DNA of 63,045 nt, counting the filler, from Octopus bimaculoides (taxonomy: Eukaryota): assembly GCF_001194135.2 (NCBI RefSeq). It is 3 parts of 2 records of this genome, joined end to end, with 100 filler letters (N's around TTAATTAATTAA, not from the genome) between each part and the next. Parts side by side here need not be neighbours in the genome. Positions count along the whole stretch, not along the records: positions 36,273 to 63,045 come from NC_068981.1; 2 more parts are not named here. The stretch is one strand, 5' to 3'. The notes under the pieces were generated by a model. That model saw only the letters and a list, made by a program, of their open reading frames with translations. It did not search any database and had not been told where the DNA came from. This document shows, in pieces, positions 62,934 to 63,045 of this stretch (its first letter is position 1; every line of letters begins with the position of its first letter). The position numbers were made by a program, and so were the translations under genes.

Positions 62934-63045
62934 CCAGATCAAAACAATACCAAATGAACCTGACGGACAGAGCACCATCAGAGAAAAGTTAGCACTATTC
63001 CATCTAAAATCAGAGATTGAACTACTAAGACTTAGGGCCTCCACT

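Noticed and set aside
13134-63045. PLK1 exon 2 and later exons
   Set aside because: A visual search for GGF(A/G)KC(Y/F)E-encoding sequence after an AG found nothing; small exons could have been missed or lie in gaps.

Overview
AT-rich, microsatellite- and transposon-rich animal genomic DNA from a gapped draft scaffold. The SINE families and repeat content suggest a coleoid cephalopod, probably Octopus (inference from recalled repeats, not a database search). Most ORFs in the supplied track are spurious (N runs, microsatellites, TE relics). Three host genes are supported. (1) A complete 5-exon PINX1 on the minus strand (CDS 12283->824, about 566 aa, all junctions GT-AG and in phase). (2) The first coding exon of a Polo-like kinase (PLK1-like, +, 13035-13133), head-to-head with PINX1 across a ~750 bp promoter with two CCAAT boxes and a CHR-like TTTGAA. 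(3) The first coding exon of heparan sulfate 6-O-sulfotransferase (HS6ST, -, 18953->18349). I could not find the downstream exons of PLK1 or HS6ST. They point at each other across a 100-bp spacer gap, so the scaffold probably hides sequence there. The rest is SINEs, RTE/CR1/Penelope/Tx1 LINE relics, Gypsy relics, mariner/pogo/hAT elements and simple repeats. Most notable: a mariner element (51890-57224, 32-bp TIRs, TA flanks) carries two different L1/Tx1-like retrotransposons inserted in tandem at one 14-bp site just upstream of the transposase ATG, with three copies of that site as apparent target-site duplications. This suggests a target-specific retrotransposon lineage parasitising a mariner family. 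Repeat boundaries are approximate unless TIRs or splice sites are quoted.
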